Assembly: GCA_016192135.1 (NCBI GenBank)
Contig: JACPUR010000013.1
Span: 204,277-268,276 of the forward strand
Direction: 5' to 3'
Source: Candidatus Tectimicrobiota bacterium
Lineage (GTDB): Bacteria > UBA8248
DNA length: 64,000 bases
Numbering within the stretch: position 1 is the first letter of the stretch; each line of letters opens with the position of its first letter. The translations under genes were made by a program, and so were the position numbers. A model generated the notes under the pieces. That model was not told where the DNA came from. It worked only from the letters and a program-made list of their open reading frames with translations, and made no database searches. Of this stretch, positions 55,848 to 64,000 are shown piece after piece.

Positions 55848-57212
55848 TCACGCCTGTCCCCCGGGCTCGGCAATCCCGGCGCGCCAGCCCAGCTCTTCTT
55901 CGCACCAGCGGGCCGCCGCCAGGAGGCCCGCCTCGCCGAACCTCCGCGCGCCAAGCTGGATGCCGAAGGGCAGGCCCTCCCCGCCCCGCCCCAGGGGGAG
56001 GGTGACGGCGGGCTGCCCCGACAGCGAGAAGGGCTCGCAGAAGAGGCCGCTCCCCGTCGAAACCTCCCAGGGAGGCGACAGCTGATCGAACGTGGGGAGC
56101 ACGATCAGTTCATAATGCCCGTGGAGCCGGTCCACCGCCCGGATGAACCGCGACCGCAAGCGCATGGCGTTGACATAGTGAACGGCGGGCACCATGAACC
56201 CCGCCGTCACGGTCCGCCGGGTCGAGGGGGGGTAGGCGTCCATGTTCTCCCGGAACATCTCGCCGTGATAGCAAGCGGCATCCACGGCGCGGATCATCGC
56301 GTGGACCGAATGAATCAGTTCGCGGTCCATCGGGAGCCTTCCCTCCTCCACCTTCACGCCTTTCTCCCGCAGAAGAGAAACCGCCCTCAGCGTCCAATCC
56401 GCCACCTCTGCATTCGCCAAGGGCAGATAGTCTTCCTTCAACAACAGCGCCCGCCCCGGACGCCGGGGGGCGGAAGCGGCGGCGAAGTCTTGCGCGGGGA
56501 TATCCGGGGCCCCATCGTCTCCCGGCGCCGGCCCGGACATCACCGTGAGGAGGTGCGCCAGGTCTTCCACCGACCGGGCGATGAGGCCCACGTGGTCGAA
56601 CGTCCACGACACCTTGACGATCCCGGTCCGGGGTATCCGCCCGTACGTGGGCTTCAGGGCGCACACGCCGCAGAAGGCCGCGGGGCGTAGGGTGGAGCCC
56701 GTGGTCTGGGAGCCCAAGGCGACGGGCACCATCCCGGCCGCGACCGCCGCCGCCGAGCCGCTGCTCGATCCCCCGGGGCTGCGGGCGAGGTCCCACGGGT
56801 TCCGGGTGACGGAAGGGTCGGAGTTGGCGAAGGGGGTGGTCACCGTCTTCCCGATGGCGACCGCCCCGGCCGCCCGGAGGCGGGCGATGGAAACCGCGTC
56901 GGCATCGGGAACGTGGCCCCGGTAAAGGGGGGTCCCCGCCTCTCGCCGGAGGCCCTTGATGTCGAAGATGTCCTTGGCGCCGAAGGGCGCGCCCGCAAGC
57001 GGGCCTAAGGGGCGGCCCTCCGCCCGGCTCCGATCCGCCGCCCGGGCCGCCTCCAGAGCGCCCTCCCGGTCCACCTGCGCCCAGGCCTTCAACCGGTCTT
57101 CGCATTGGCCGATACGGGATAAGATGGCGCCCACCCACTCCGCCGCCGATAGGGTGCCCTCGGCCATGCGGCGGAGCCCTTCGCTCAGGGTGAATTTCCA
57201 GGACTCGGTCAT
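55848..57212 (-). CDS. Amidase-signature family protein
   Basis: GAPFGAKDIFD (Lys), GKTVT, TRNPW, PGGSSSGSAAAVA, GSQTTGSTLRPAAFCG (Ser-cisSer-Lys triad). ATG 57212. Confidence 0.93.
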   Translation of the reverse strand: MTESWKFTLSEGLRRMAEGTLSAAEWVGAILSRIGQCEDRLKAWAQVDREGALEAARAADRSRAEGRPLGPLAGAPFGAKDIFDIKGLRREAGTPLYRGHVPDADAVSIARLRAAGAVAIGKTVTTPFANSDPSVTRNPWDLARSPGGSSSGSAAAVAAGMVPVALGSQTTGSTLRPAAFCGVCALKPTYGRIPRTGIVKVSWTFDHVGLIARSVEDLAHLLTVMSGPAPGDDGAPDIPAQDFAAASAPRRPGRALLLKEDYLPLANAEVADWTLRAVSLLREKGVKVEEGRLPMDRELIHSVHAMIRAVDAACYHGEMFRENMDAYPPSTRRTVTAGFMVPAVHYVNAMRLRSRFIRAVDRLHGHYELIVLPTFDQLSPPWEVSTGSGLFCEPFSLSGQPAVTLPLGRGGEGLPFGIQLGARRFGEAGLLAAARWCEEELGWRAGIAEPGGQA

Positions 57213-57315
57213 CGAGGTCCTCCATTCCCCGCCGCGGCAATTCGCACCGGCTCCCGCCTTCGCGCGGCAAACCGCGGCGGCTCGCCCGTCCTGAACATGG
57301 CACGGCTTTCGTCGG

Positions 57316-57337
57316 GAATGATATTCTAGCATCATTC
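57316..57337. promoter_or_regulatory. Palindrome between the divergent amidase and lyase genes, containing overlapping -10-like hexamers
   Basis: GAATGAT-N8-ATCATTC; TATTCT on plus and TAGAAT on minus, each preceded by TGn. Confidence 0.5.
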
Positions 57338-57418
57338 ATTTTTCACGGCGCCGTCGGCGGATTCCGGATGGCCTGGGCGGGAAACCCTCAGGAGTTCTCT
57401 TGGGTGAAGGAGCCGAAA

Positions 57419-58306
57419 ATGAACGAGCGGAGACGTCGTCTTCGGGCCTTGCTAGAAAGCGGGGATCCGCTGCTCGCCCCCGCCTGCATCGATGCGTTCA
57501 GCGCGCGCATGGTGGAGCAGGCGGGCTTTCATGTGAATTACCTGACGGGGAACGGGGCATCGGCGGCCCTGCTCGGCCGGCCGGACGTGGGCCTCATGAC
57601 GTTGCGGGAGGTGGCCGACGTGTGCCGGAACATCAGCCTCGCCACCGCCATTCCGCTCATCGCGGACGCCGACACGGGATATGGAAACGCCATCAACGTG
57701 ATTCGAACGGTCCGGGAACTCGAGCTGGCGGGGGCCGCCTGCCTTCAGCTCGAGGATCAGGTTACGCCGAAGCGATGCGGGCACCTCCCCGGCTCGAAGC
57801 CGGTGGTTTCGCTTGGCGAGCAAGTGGGGAAGCTCAAGGCCGCCCTGGACGCGCGCCAGGATCCCGATCTGCTGATCCTGGCACGGACGGACGCGGCGGC
57901 CGATCACGGGTTGGACGAGGCAATCCGGCGGGCGCATGCCTTCAAGGAGGCGGGAGCGGATCTGATTTTCATCGAAGTGGATGGAACGAGAGAGGAGCTT
58001 GTCCGGATCGGAAAGGAGGTCCCCGGGCCGCTGGCCGTCACGGTGGACGAGTCCCGGCGGGACGCACCGTTTTCTCCACAGGAGCTGGCCGCGCTCGGCT
58101 TCCGGCTGATCATATATCCCGGGATCATCCGCTGCACATATTTAAAGGCGGTCACGGATGCTCTGAGGATATTGAAGAAGGAAAGCTCGACCCTGGCGGC
58201 CAAGGATCGACTCGCCTCTTTCCGGGATTACAACCAAGCGCTAGGCATCGAGGAGATCAACGCCTGGGAAGAGAAGTATCTCTCATCCATCCGAAATCCG
58301 GCGTGA
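57419..58306 (+). CDS. Isocitrate lyase/PEP mutase family lyase (PrpB/2,3-dimethylmalate lyase-like)
   Basis: DAFSAR, GRPDVGL, PLIADADTGYG, LEDQVTPKRCGH, ARTDA, AGADLIFIE. ATG 57419 after AAGGAG. Confidence 0.92.
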   Translation: MNERRRRLRALLESGDPLLAPACIDAFSARMVEQAGFHVNYLTGNGASAALLGRPDVGLMTLREVADVCRNISLATAIPLIADADTGYGNAINVIRTVRELELAGAACLQLEDQVTPKRCGHLPGSKPVVSLGEQVGKLKAALDARQDPDLLILARTDAAADHGLDEAIRRAHAFKEAGADLIFIEVDGTREELVRIGKEVPGPLAVTVDESRRDAPFSPQELAALGFRLIIYPGIIRCTYLKAVTDALRILKKESSTLAAKDRLASFRDYNQALGIEEINAWEEKYLSSIRNPA

Positions 58307-58427
58307 TCTCGAAAGGACATCCTGGAGGGCGGGATCCGGCGGCCCGGCTGTTTCATCGCCGGGCCTGATCCCGCGCCTTTTCAAATGAACCAGCCAACCA
58401 GATGCCCAATCCGTCCCTGAGACAAGG

Positions 58428-59180
58428 CTAGGCCAGTGCGCCTCCGTCCACCGGAAGGACCGTCCCGGTGACCATCGAGGAGGCTTCGCTCGCCAGAAAC
58501 ACCGCCGCCCCCGCGCAATCTTCCGCCTCCAGCAGGCGGGGGATCGGCTGGAGGGAGAGAACGCGCTGGAGTTTTTCTTCATTTTGCCAGGTGGCAGCCG
58601 AAAAATCCGTGCGGGTGAGTATGGGGGCGATGGCATTCACCGTAATTCCATAGCGGCCGAGCTCGGAGGCGAACTGGCGCGTCATCATGATCTGGGCGGC
58701 CTTGCTGATGCTGTAGTCGCCGTAGCCGGCCCGCGCCTTGAGGCCGGTGGAGGAGACGACATTGATCACCCTTCCCCACCCGCGCCCGGCCATGGGCCGG
58801 GCGAGCATCTGGATCATCTGGAGGTAGCCGCTCACGTTCGCGCGCATGGTGGCTTGCCAGCTTTCGAGAGGGCAATCCAGCAGGGGGCCGAGGGTGCCCC
58901 GGGCGGCGGCGTTGTTCACCAGGATGTCAATTCTTCCAAAGGCTGGCTCGGCCTTCCGGCAAAGGTCGAGGATTCCTTCCTCCCTGGACAGGTCCGACTC
59001 GGCCAAGGCGATCCTGCCTCCACCCGGGGGAATGCTTTCGGCCGCCCTCTTCAGCCGGACGCCATCCCGGCCATGCAGCACCACGTCCGCTCCGGCGGCC
59101 GCGAAGGCGCGGGCGATCGCGTGCCCGATGCCCCGGGCGCTGCCCGTGACCAAGGCGGTCTTCCCCCTCAGCGAGAACAT
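58428..59180 (-). CDS. Short-chain dehydrogenase/reductase (duplicate copy 2)
   Basis: TGSARGIG, LVNNAA, YSISK, VNAIAP. Confidence 0.92.
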   Translation of the reverse strand: MFSLRGKTALVTGSARGIGHAIARAFAAAGADVVLHGRDGVRLKRAAESIPPGGGRIALAESDLSREEGILDLCRKAEPAFGRIDILVNNAAARGTLGPLLDCPLESWQATMRANVSGYLQMIQMLARPMAGRGWGRVINVVSSTGLKARAGYGDYSISKAAQIMMTRQFASELGRYGITVNAIAPILTRTDFSAATWQNEEKLQRVLSLQPIPRLLEAEDCAGAAVFLASEASSMVTGTVLPVDGGALA

Positions 59181-59190
59181 GGCCTCTCCA

Positions 59191-60291
59191 TCAATCCAGC
59201 AGGACGGAACGGATGTAATCCTCGTTCCAGGCGAGGCCCAGGCCGGGCTTTTCCGAAAGGACGAGGGCGCCGTCCTGGAAATCGAAACCCTCTTGGAACA
59301 GCGGCTGCCACCAGGGCTGGTAGGTCTGCCAGATCGCCCCTGGCGTGGCCGCCTGAAGGTGAGCGCTCACCTCCATGAACATGTGGGGGGTGATCGGGAC
59401 GTTATAGGCGTGGCACAGGGCGGCGGACTGGCGCCAGCCGGTCACCCCGCCGATCCGCATGAGGTCCACCATCAGGTAGTCCGCCGCCCGCCGGCGCAGG
59501 AAAGGCAGGAGGCCCTGGGTGCCGAAATTCGTCTCCCCCGCGCAGACGGGGCAGTCGAGCGCCTGGCTGACCCGCGCGCACCCCTCGATGTCCTCGTGCG
59601 GAACCGGCTCTTCGAGCCAGTAGGGGCGGAGCGGCTCCATCGCCTTGCCCGCCTGAATCGCGGCCGGCGCATCCCATCCCTGGTTCACATCCACCATGAT
59701 CTCGATCTCGGGCCCCAGCGCCTCGCGGACGATGCAGCAGCGTTCCACATCATCCCGCCAGTCCTTCTTGCCCACCCGGAATTTAACCGCCCGGAAACCC
59801 CGCTCCTTCAGCTCGGCGGCCTCCTCGGCGAGTTGCTCCCGCGAGGCGTGGAGCCAGAGCGCCTCTCCGGCGTAGACCTCGGCCCGGTTCTTGAAGCCCC
59901 CGAGGATGCGGAAGAGCGGCAGCCCGGCGGTACGGGCCAGAGCGTCCCAGCATGCGGTGTCGATGGCCGCCATCGCGATCAGGGCGGAACCCGCATGGCC
60001 GATGAACGTGGTGGCGCTGTACAGCTTCCACCAGAGGGCCTCGGGAAGAAGGGCGCTCTCGCCGATGGCCGCCGCCGCGAGATCGCCGGTCAGGGCCGCG
60101 ATGGCGGCGATGCGTTTTTTCCCGAAGCAGAACGACCAGCCCATCCCCTGCACGCCGTCCCGGGTTCGCACGGTGACGAGGACGCTCTCGACGGTGTCGC
60201 TCCGGAAGGTGGCCGTGATCACCGGCCGGGCGATGGGCACCGAAACCGTCCTCACCTGAATCGACTCGATGAGGCCGCCCGGGACGCTCAT
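59191..60291 (-). CDS. Mandelate racemase/muconate lactonising enzyme (enolase superfamily), copy 2
   Basis: IDTACWD, KFRVG, MVDVNQ, WLEEP, AGETN, DLMRIGG, PHMF. Confidence 0.92.
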   Translation of the reverse strand: MSVPGGLIESIQVRTVSVPIARPVITATFRSDTVESVLVTVRTRDGVQGMGWSFCFGKKRIAAIAALTGDLAAAAIGESALLPEALWWKLYSATTFIGHAGSALIAMAAIDTACWDALARTAGLPLFRILGGFKNRAEVYAGEALWLHASREQLAEEAAELKERGFRAVKFRVGKKDWRDDVERCCIVREALGPEIEIMVDVNQGWDAPAAIQAGKAMEPLRPYWLEEPVPHEDIEGCARVSQALDCPVCAGETNFGTQGLLPFLRRRAADYLMVDLMRIGGVTGWRQSAALCHAYNVPITPHMFMEVSAHLQAATPGAIWQTYQPWWQPLFQEGFDFQDGALVLSEKPGLGLAWNEDYIRSVLLD

Positions 60292-61058
60292 GCCAGCGCC
60301 CCTCCATCCACGGGAATGACCGTCCCCGTGATCATTCCCGCCTCATCCGATGCCAGGAAGGCGGCGAGCGCCGCGACATCGTCCGGCTCGGCCAGCCGCT
60401 TGATGGAAAGCATGCGCATGACTTTTTCCTTTTCCTCCTCATCCTCCCACTGCCACTGCGAGAAATCCGTGCGCGTGAGCGTGGGGGCGATGGCGTTCAC
60501 CGTGATACCGTACTGGCCCACTTCCACCGACAGTTGCCGCGTCAGCATGACCTCCGTGGCCTTCGTTATCGCATAGTCCCCCATGCCGGGCCGGGCCTTG
60601 AGGCCGGTCGAGGAGGTGACGTTCAGGATGCGGCCCCAACCGCGCCGGCGCATGTCCCGGGCCGCCGCCTGGCAGAGGATGAAATAGGCGGTCACGTTCA
60701 CGGCGAACAGCCGCTCGAATGACTCCAGGGGAACTTCCATGATGGGCTTCCGGGAGGGCTTGGCAGCGGCGTTGTTCACCAGGATGTCGATCCGCCCGAA
60801 ACGCTCCATGTGGCGGTCCAGAACCCATTGGCAGCTCTCCGGGTCGGCCAGGTCGGCGGGAAGACCATGCGCGTCGACATGTAAGGCCTTCAGGGACGCG
60901 GCCGCCTCATCCAGCGTCTTCTCGTCCCTGCCCACGATGGAAACCCCCGCCCCTGTCCGGGCGAAACGCCGGGCGATGGCGAGGCCGATGCCCCGCGAGC
61001 CGCCCGTGACCATCGCCGCCTTGCCCGCGAGGGTGCCGCCCGCTCCCGGATGGTTCAT
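60288..61058 (-). CDS. Short-chain dehydrogenase/reductase (duplicate copy 1)
   Basis: TGGSRGIG, LVNNAA, YAITK, VNAIAP. Confidence 0.92.
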   Translation of the reverse strand: MNHPGAGGTLAGKAAMVTGGSRGIGLAIARRFARTGAGVSIVGRDEKTLDEAAASLKALHVDAHGLPADLADPESCQWVLDRHMERFGRIDILVNNAAAKPSRKPIMEVPLESFERLFAVNVTAYFILCQAAARDMRRRGWGRILNVTSSTGLKARPGMGDYAITKATEVMLTRQLSVEVGQYGITVNAIAPTLTRTDFSQWQWEDEEEKEKVMRMLSIKRLAEPDDVAALAAFLASDEAGMITGTVIPVDGGALA

Positions 61059-61062
61059 GCCC

Positions 61063-62175
61063 TCATTTCACCTCGTATTTGGCGACCGCTTTCTCGTCCC
61101 ATTCGAAGCCCGCCCCCGGGATAGGCTTCAGATGGATCAGCCCCTCCCGGAAATCCACGGGCTCTCTCAGCACCGGCTCCCACCACGGCTGGTATTCCTG
61201 CCAGATGGCATTCGGACTGGCCGAGAACAGATGGGAGCTGAATTCCATGAAAAGATGGGGGGTGACGGGCAAGTGGAACGCCTGCGCCACGCGGGCGGCC
61301 TTCATCCATTCCGTGACGCCGCCCATCCGCATGAGGTCGGGCATGAGAATGTCCGCGGTTCCGAGTTCGCACATCCGCCGGAAATCCTGGGAGGTGTAGT
61401 TCGTCTCGCCCGTGCAGACGGGGGTATCCAACGCCCGGGATACCTGGGCGCAGCCCTCCAGGTCCTCGTAGGGGAGAGGCTCCTCGATCCACGCCACGTC
61501 GAACTCTTCCAGGCGGCGGCCCATCTGAATCGCGGTCGGCGCGTCCCAGACCTGGTTCACGTCCACCATGAGCTTCGTCCCGGGCCCGACCGCCTCGCGC
61601 ACCGCCCGGACGCGGGCGATGTCCTCCTCCCTGTCCGGCTTGCCGACCCGCATTTTGACCCCCTTGAAGCCGCGCGCGGCGAATGAGGCCGCCTCCTCCT
61701 GGAGCTCGTCCACGGTCTGGTGGAGCCAGAGCCCCTGGCTGGCGTACGCCTCGACGGATTCGCGAGCGCCGCCCAGCAGCTTGTAGAGCGGCAGGCCCGC
61801 CACCTTGGCCGCGATGTCCCACAACGCGGTGTCGATGGGTGACATGGCTATGACCGCCGCCCCGCTGTGGCCGATGAAGGTGACGGCGTTCCACATCCGA
61901 CGCCAGCAGCGCTCGATTGCCAGGGCGTCCTCCCCTTCGAGCATCTCGCCCAGGTCGTCGATCATGAGCTGGATGCCGCGCACCTTTTTCCGGCCGAAGG
62001 CGAATATCCAGCCGATGCCGCTCACCCCCGCGTCGGTGTCCACGTCAACAAGAACCGAATCGATCCCGTTGATAGGGAAACTGGCCGTGAGGAGCGGCCG
62101 CTCCAGGGGAATGGAGACGAAGCGGGTGCGGACCTTCTTGATGCGGACCGGCTTGCCTGCATATCCGGAGGCCAT
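61063..62175 (-). CDS. Mandelate racemase/muconate lactonising enzyme (enolase superfamily), copy 1
   Basis: IDTALWD, KMRVG, MVDVNQ, WIEEP, TGETN, PDLMRMGG, PHLF, WQEY. ATG 62175. Confidence 0.92.
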   Translation of the reverse strand: MASGYAGKPVRIKKVRTRFVSIPLERPLLTASFPINGIDSVLVDVDTDAGVSGIGWIFAFGRKKVRGIQLMIDDLGEMLEGEDALAIERCWRRMWNAVTFIGHSGAAVIAMSPIDTALWDIAAKVAGLPLYKLLGGARESVEAYASQGLWLHQTVDELQEEAASFAARGFKGVKMRVGKPDREEDIARVRAVREAVGPGTKLMVDVNQVWDAPTAIQMGRRLEEFDVAWIEEPLPYEDLEGCAQVSRALDTPVCTGETNYTSQDFRRMCELGTADILMPDLMRMGGVTEWMKAARVAQAFHLPVTPHLFMEFSSHLFSASPNAIWQEYQPWWEPVLREPVDFREGLIHLKPIPGAGFEWDEKAVAKYEVK

Positions 62176-62498
62176 CAGCCCACCACGTCCTTGCAGCTGA
62201 TGAACTCGACCTCCTCGTCGACCGCCCAATTGGAGTGCTCCGCATTGGCGGGGATATAGACGGCTTCGCCGGGTCCCAGTATCTTCTCCTCATCGCGGAC
62301 CCTGGAGCGGATGCGCCCCTTGAGGACCGTGATGATCTGCTCCTCGGGATGGGCATGAGTCTTCGCTCCGGTTCCCGCGGAGTAGCGGTAGTAGCCCACT
62401 TCGACCTTCTTGCCCTTGATGGTCGGACCTTCGGCGGTGGAATATTCGGGCCTGATCACGCTCCGGCTGATGTCGGCAAGCCTGAAGAAAGTTTCCAT
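62175..62498 (-). CDS. Cupin-domain protein
   Basis: HAHPEEQIITVLKG...LGPGEAVYIPANAEH. ATG 62498 after AGGAGG. Confidence 0.88.
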   Translation of the reverse strand: METFFRLADISRSVIRPEYSTAEGPTIKGKKVEVGYYRYSAGTGAKTHAHPEEQIITVLKGRIRSRVRDEEKILGPGEAVYIPANAEHSNWAVDEEVEFISCKDVVG

Positions 62499-62781
62499 GT
62501 GTCCTCCTGGGATGGCCATGGGAGGCGACGATGAGGTTCAAATGCGAGAGGGTTCAGCGCCGATGGGCAATTGTATCCGCTCTACCGTCGAATCTCCAGC
62601 GCCCCGCCGAATCCCCTGCCAATTCAACAAGAACACAGGAGAGAGGCAAGAAATCCGGACAGGGAACGCTCCCTTTGTTTTGGCGAACTGAAAAACACGG
62701 TAAGATTTGGATGAAATTCCGCCCATACCATAAAGATTTTGATCTCCATCGGGCTTTTATCCTGAGGCAAAGGGATACTCC

Positions 62782-64000
62782 ATGACCGAAGCTTTCGAGC
62801 GGAAGCGGTTGGCCTCCAAAGCCCTTTTTGAGCGCGCCAAGGGAACAATCGCGGGCGGCATCACCAGCGAATTGCGCGCGGCCGAGCCCTTCCCCATCTT
62901 CATCGAGAGGGCCGAGGGCTCCCGCAAGTGGGACGTCGACGGGAACGAGTACGTCGACTACTGCATGGGCAGCGCCGCCCTTCTGCTCGGCCACGCGCAT
63001 CCGGCCGTCGTGAAGGCCGTGTCGGACCAGGCGGCCAAGGGCACCCTCTACTCCGCCTTGACGGAGCTGGAGCTCCGCTGGGCCGACTTGGTGCGGGAGC
63101 TTTACCCCAGCGCCGAGCGGGTGCGGTTCGTCGGGACGGGGACCGAGGCGAACATCCTGGCCCTCCGGCTCGCCCGGGCCTTCGCGGGAAAACCCAAGGT
63201 CCTGCGCTTCGAGGGGCATTTCCACGGATGGGGCGACGACACGGCAGTCGGCGTCAAGATTCCCTGGAACGAGCCCCCCACTCACGGGCTTCCGCCCGGG
63301 GTGCGGGAAGCCACCGTCGTCTGCCCGGCCGAGAGCGGGGCCGCCGCCCGCGCTCTGGAGCAGGATTCCGCCATCGGGGCCATCATTCTCGAGCCTTCGG
63401 GGGCTTCCTGGGGGACCGTGCCCCTGCCGGCGGGCTTCCTCAAGGACCTGCGCGCCCTGGCGGACAAGCACCGGGTGCCCCTCATCTTCGACGAGGTGAT
63501 CACGGGCTTCCGGTGGAGCCCCGGTGGCGCCCAGGCGTCCGAGGGGGTCAAGCCCGACCTCACCACCTTGGCCAAGAACCTCACGGGCGGCCTGCCAGGG
63601 GGGGCGGTGGCCGGCCGGGAGGAAATCCTCTCCCTTCTCGACACATCGAGGGAGTACAAGGGCAAGAAGGCGGGCGTGTTCCACCGGGGGACATTCAACG
63701 CCAACCCAATCTCGGCCGCGGCGGGGGTCGCGGCGTTGGAGATCTTCCGGACGGGCGAGCCCCAGCGCCACGCGGACCGCCTGGCGGCCCGGCTCCGCGA
63801 GGGGATGCAGCGGATCCTGCGGAAGAGCGAGGTCGCCGGGGCGGTCTATGGCGACTCCTCCACCTTCCACATCTTCCTGGGAAAGGGAGCCCGGGGGACC
63901 ATCGAGGGGCTCTCCCCGGTGGACCTCAAGGGGATACCGCCCAGGACGGTAAACGCCCTCCAGCGCGCCCTCCGGCAGCGGGGGGTGGACCTTCTCTCCT
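62782..64000 (+). CDS. Class III aminotransferase, glutamate-1-semialdehyde aminomutase-like, 3'-truncated by the window edge
   Basis: Translated by hand (not in the ORF track): MTEAFERKRLASKALFERAKGTIAGG.., WDVDGNEYVDY, LLGHAHP, FEGHFHG, LIFDEVITGFR, PDLTTLAK (PLP Lys), HRGTFNANP. Confidence 0.92.
   Translation, partial: MTEAFERKRLASKALFERAKGTIAGGITSELRAAEPFPIFIERAEGSRKWDVDGNEYVDYCMGSAALLLGHAHPAVVKAVSDQAAKGTLYSALTELELRWADLVRELYPSAERVRFVGTGTEANILALRLARAFAGKPKVLRFEGHFHGWGDDTAVGVKIPWNEPPTHGLPPGVREATVVCPAESGAAARALEQDSAIGAIILEPSGASWGTVPLPAGFLKDLRALADKHRVPLIFDEVITGFRWSPGGAQASEGVKPDLTTLAKNLTGGLPGGAVAGREEILSLLDTSREYKGKKAGVFHRGTFNANPISAAAGVAALEIFRTGEPQRHADRLAARLREGMQRILRKSEVAGAVYGDSSTFHIFLGKGARGTIEGLSPVDLKGIPPRTVNALQRALRQRGVDLLS

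Noticed and set aside
57298..57312. Sigma54-like TGGCACGGCTTTCGT
   Set aside because: The -12 element is GT rather than GC, and no enhancer-binding protein gene is nearby.
62782..64000. Calling the class III aminotransferase hemL
   Set aside because: Family motifs are present but the N-terminal GGVNSPVR motif is changed (GGITSELR) and there is no tetrapyrrole gene context.
1..64000. CRISPR arrays, tRNA/rRNA genes, IS elements, integrases, prophage or defence genes
   Set aside because: No regularly spaced repeat-spacer units, cloverleaf motifs, or transposase, recombinase or nuclease motifs found by eye.

Overview
GC-rich, diderm bacterial chromosome segment made almost entirely of solute uptake and catabolic genes. 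From left to right: (1) a two-partner secretion pair, tpsB plus a repeat-rich filamentous-haemagglutinin/HMW-like tpsA that runs off the left edge and is missing from the ORF track; (2) Fe3+/polyamine-type ABC binding protein and permease with an acyl-CoA dehydrogenase; (3) a complete Liv-type ABC transporter behind a possibly structured leader; (4) a Dpp-type ABC system with two M20 hydrolases; (5) a double TAXI-TRAP operon with acyl-CoA dehydrogenase, M24-fold protein, family III CoA transferase and CitE-like lyase; (6) a 3-hydroxyacyl-CoA dehydrogenase, alpha/beta hydrolase and quinone reductase; (7) hydantoinase/oxoprolinase A and B with an SDR and a class IV aminotransferase; (8) two divergent LeuC/LeuD-like aconitase-family pairs flanking an ABC transporter; (9) an AtuA-like, DUF4387, M20, RraA operon; (10) an amidase and an isocitrate-lyase-family lyase; (11) a cupin followed by a duplicated enolase-superfamily + SDR unit; (12) a partial class III aminotransferase, also missing from the ORF track. 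I found no rRNA, tRNA, CRISPR array, transposase or intact regulator gene. The best candidates for undescribed biology are the 43-58 kb organic-acid module and several apparently intact enzymes with substituted canonical catalytic residues. All product calls come from motif recognition by eye; no database searches were run.
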